NCBI GenBank assembly: GCA_046563655.1
Contig: CM102283.1
Location: 3,286,001 to 3,350,000 of the forward strand
Direction: 5' to 3'
Origin: Yuukianura sp. NJ FZ-2021
Taxonomy: Eukaryota
Length of the DNA stretch: 64,000 nucleotides
Under the pieces are notes generated by a model, which worked only from the letters and a program-made list of their open reading frames with translations, was not told the DNA's origin and made no database searches. Made by a program: the position numbers and the translations under genes. Below, piece by piece: positions 61,471-64,000 of the stretch (its first letter is position 1; each line of letters opens with the position of its first letter).

Positions 61471-63168
61471 ATGGAGTTGAAATTGTTCGGAATCCTGGGC
61501 GTTGTGCTGGCCATGAGCGGCAGTACTTTGGCAGCATGTACTGCAGAAGAACAAGCCAAATGTCTCCTCCCAGGCTGTCTGTGTCCAGATCTCGTCATTC
61601 CTGGTGGACTCGCAGCAATCGATACCCCACAGGTATGATTTCGCGCATGTGCAGATCAAAACATAAAAAACTTACTGCGCAGTATTCAATTTGTTTGTAA
61701 AATTTCTGTAAGAGATTGCGCTCATCACACTCTCGAACACGCAAAAAATTTTCTGATAATTTTTATACAAATTCTTGTGTTTGTACATAACTATTATTGT
61801 ACTTGTAAGACATTTTTTCCGTATTTTGTGAAAATATGACCTTTTCTAACCAGATTCTGACCTTTTATCTGCAGATTTTGTAAATCTGACGCCTTTTCTG
61901 ACCAAATTATGTGACTTTTTTATTTGCTTAGATTGTGTACATGACTTTTGATGACGCCATTACAACTTCAAACTACCCCATGTATGAAGAGATCGTCTTC
62001 CCCCGTGTAAATCCCAACGGAGAGTCAATCACAGCCACTTTCTACATCACGCATGAGTACAACGACTATAACTTGACACGACAACTGTGGCGTCGTGGCC
62101 ATGAAATTGCACTCCACTCAATCACACATCAAACGAACACTAAATACTGGAGAGAGCTGGATGTCGTAGGATGGCGACAGGAAATGATTGATCAGATCAC
62201 CATGATGGCACACTGGGCCAACCTCCCCGCAGACGACGTAAGTTTACAAAACTTCAAGTTTACAAAATTTCAAACAAACTTTTCAATAAGTGTTCAAAAT
62301 TAAAATCCGAAGGTCAAAGGTCACTGGTTATTTTCTAGATTGTGGGTATGAGAGCTCCGTTTTTGCAAACTGGTGGTGACGTGATGATGACTGCTCTCTA
62401 TGGCAACGGTATCCAGTACGACTGTTCTCGTCCAACTTGGCAATACATGGACCCTGGACTGTGGCCATACACAATGGACTATGACACGGAATTCCAGGAT
62501 TGTCAAATCCAGCCATGCGCAACAGGATCTTATCCAGGATTCTGGAACGCTCCAATGATCAACCTAGTGGGGGATGATGGATACCCTTGTGCTATGTTGG
62601 ATGCTTGCAACTTTGATGAGTAACATTTCCAAAAAATTTCAAATTTTTTTATAATTCTCAAAAAACTGCAATTTTTTTAACTTAGCTCAACCGATCCTGA
62701 ATTGGTGCTGGATTTGCTCAGACGCAACTTCCTGCGTAACTACAACGGAAACAGAGCTCCGTTCGGACTTTTTACACACGCTGCATGGCTGAGCGACCAA
62801 TTCCCTGGACACAAAGAGGGATACGTTATGTAAGAATTTTGGAATTTTTTTTTTGGAAAATATTCAAATTTTGAAATTTTACACAGAATGTATTTTTTAG
62901 GTTTTTGGACTACTTGGCCACTCTACCAGACGTATACATCACGAGTGTAGCCCGAGGGTTGGAGTGGGTTAAATCCCCAACGCCCCTTGCAGATCTGGGT
63001 AATTTCGAACCCTGGAAAGTTGAAGTGTACCCAAATGCTTGTCCCGGGTACAACTGCAGATTTGCACCAGAAGATACACCCATGGGTTCTGAACGGTACA
63101 TGGTTGCATGCAAGAGTTGCCCACGCAAGTACCCGTGGCTTGGAAACCCACTAGGAGAAGACATCTAA
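61471..63168 (+). CDS. Chitin deacetylase-like protein (CE4 domain only, no chitin-binding domain), 5 exons
   Basis: Signal MELKLFGILGVVLAMSGSTLA; CLLPGCLC...IPGGL...TPQ; TFDD, HEIALHSITH, MRAPFLQ, LWPYTMD, RAPFGLFTHAAW, YPWLGNP. Confidence 0.92.
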
Positions 63169-63512
63169 ACTCTTTTTGAACAACATTTCTCAAATTTTAT
63201 GACATAAAAATTGAAATTTTGAAAGAAAAAAAAAGTTTACCTACGGCTCAATCAGATAAATTTTAACCCTTATAATTTATCAATTTTAATAAGCAATAAA
63301 AATGCTCTTGAAAAAAATTCAAAATTGTCCCGAAATAAAGCGTTTTGGTTTTGTTTGTATTCAGATTTTAAAAATTTAGAAAATTCCTTTAGTTTTTATA
63401 GTAAAGATGCAAATAGTTGAAATTTTGAGAATTGTAGTATGTACTTTTGCAATTGTAACATGAAATTTTGAAAAAAATATTTGATTTGTAACGAGATTTT
63501 GAAAAATTTGAT

Positions 63513-64000
63513 TCAACCGGTTTTTGGAGACGCTGACTTTTGGACGGCTGGTTGCATTTTTTGCTGTGGAGGTTGCATTTTTTGCTGTGCCGGTTGCGTT
63601 TTTTGCTGTGCAGGTTGCGTTTGTTGCGGTTCTTTTCGCATGTTGATGTCCACACTTCCACCGTGCGAATAAAGTCTAAACGTTTTTCGGAAAACATCTC
63701 CAAGGTCCAGCGATCCCTCAACTTTTTCCAATTCGCATTGTGCCGCCACACTTTTTTTGAATTCCTCAAATCTTTCCCGCTCTTCATCCGTCATTTCCGT
63801 TCCTCCACGTAAATCCACGTCTTCTCCCTCAGATACCTCTTGTCTCAACGGATGAAATACTCCATTGTCATCGACGTACCCCAAAATGGTACCTACTGGA
63901 GGTACCTCACCTTCTTTCAGCATGTGAACGGTACCATCAAAAGCTCTGTAAGACATTCGTGCTCCTTCGGGAATACTCTCGTCTTCCTCAACTGGACGGT
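63513..64000 (-). CDS. 3' part of an unknown protein running off the window (QQKTQPA-like repeats)
   Basis: The frame of ORF 63513-63956 stays open to the window edge (RPVEEDESIPEGARMSYR...). No recognisable domain. Confidence 0.5.
   Translation of the reverse strand, partial: RPVEEDESIPEGARMSYRAFDGTVHMLKEGEVPPVGTILGYVDDNGVFHPLRQEVSEGEDVDLRGGTEMTDEERERFEEFKKSVAAQCELEKVEGSLDLGDVFRKTFRLYSHGGSVDINMRKEPQQTQPAQQKTQPAQQKMQPPQQKMQPAVQKSASPKTG

Overview
Eukaryotic, intron-containing genomic DNA from an arthropod (inferred from chitin-binding and chitin deacetylase genes, drk/Grb2 and short GT-AG introns; the species cannot be determined). Positions 1-23 kb hold two copies of the CCR4-NOT subunit gene Rcd-1/CNOT9: an intact copy at 1139-2802 and a frameshifted, 5'-rearranged copy at about 20657-22186. 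Between them lies a roughly 17-kb nest of transposons: PIF/Harbinger, Tc1/mariner/pogo and hAT MITEs, a foldback element and a tRNA-derived SINE. Two small paralogous orphan membrane-protein genes also sit in this interval. The most striking element is a young LTR retrotransposon (3869-10157, minus strand; 269-bp LTRs differing at one base; 4-bp TSD). It encodes Gag but no recognisable Pol. Instead it carries an intronless Rrp6/RNase D-like DEDDy 3'-5' exonuclease plus an HRDC-like region, and its primer-binding site appears to extend over about 46 nt of a tRNA-Arg-like 3' half. Positions 23-37 kb contain drk/Grb2, an Elp5-like gene, an SLC22 transporter, RpL23 and a lipocalin-like gene. Positions 32-61 kb contain a co-oriented cluster of orphan membrane proteins with low-complexity regions, one of which has chitin-binding domains, followed by a chitin deacetylase-like gene. 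All gene models were built by eye from splice signals, and all homology calls come from motif recognition, not database searches.
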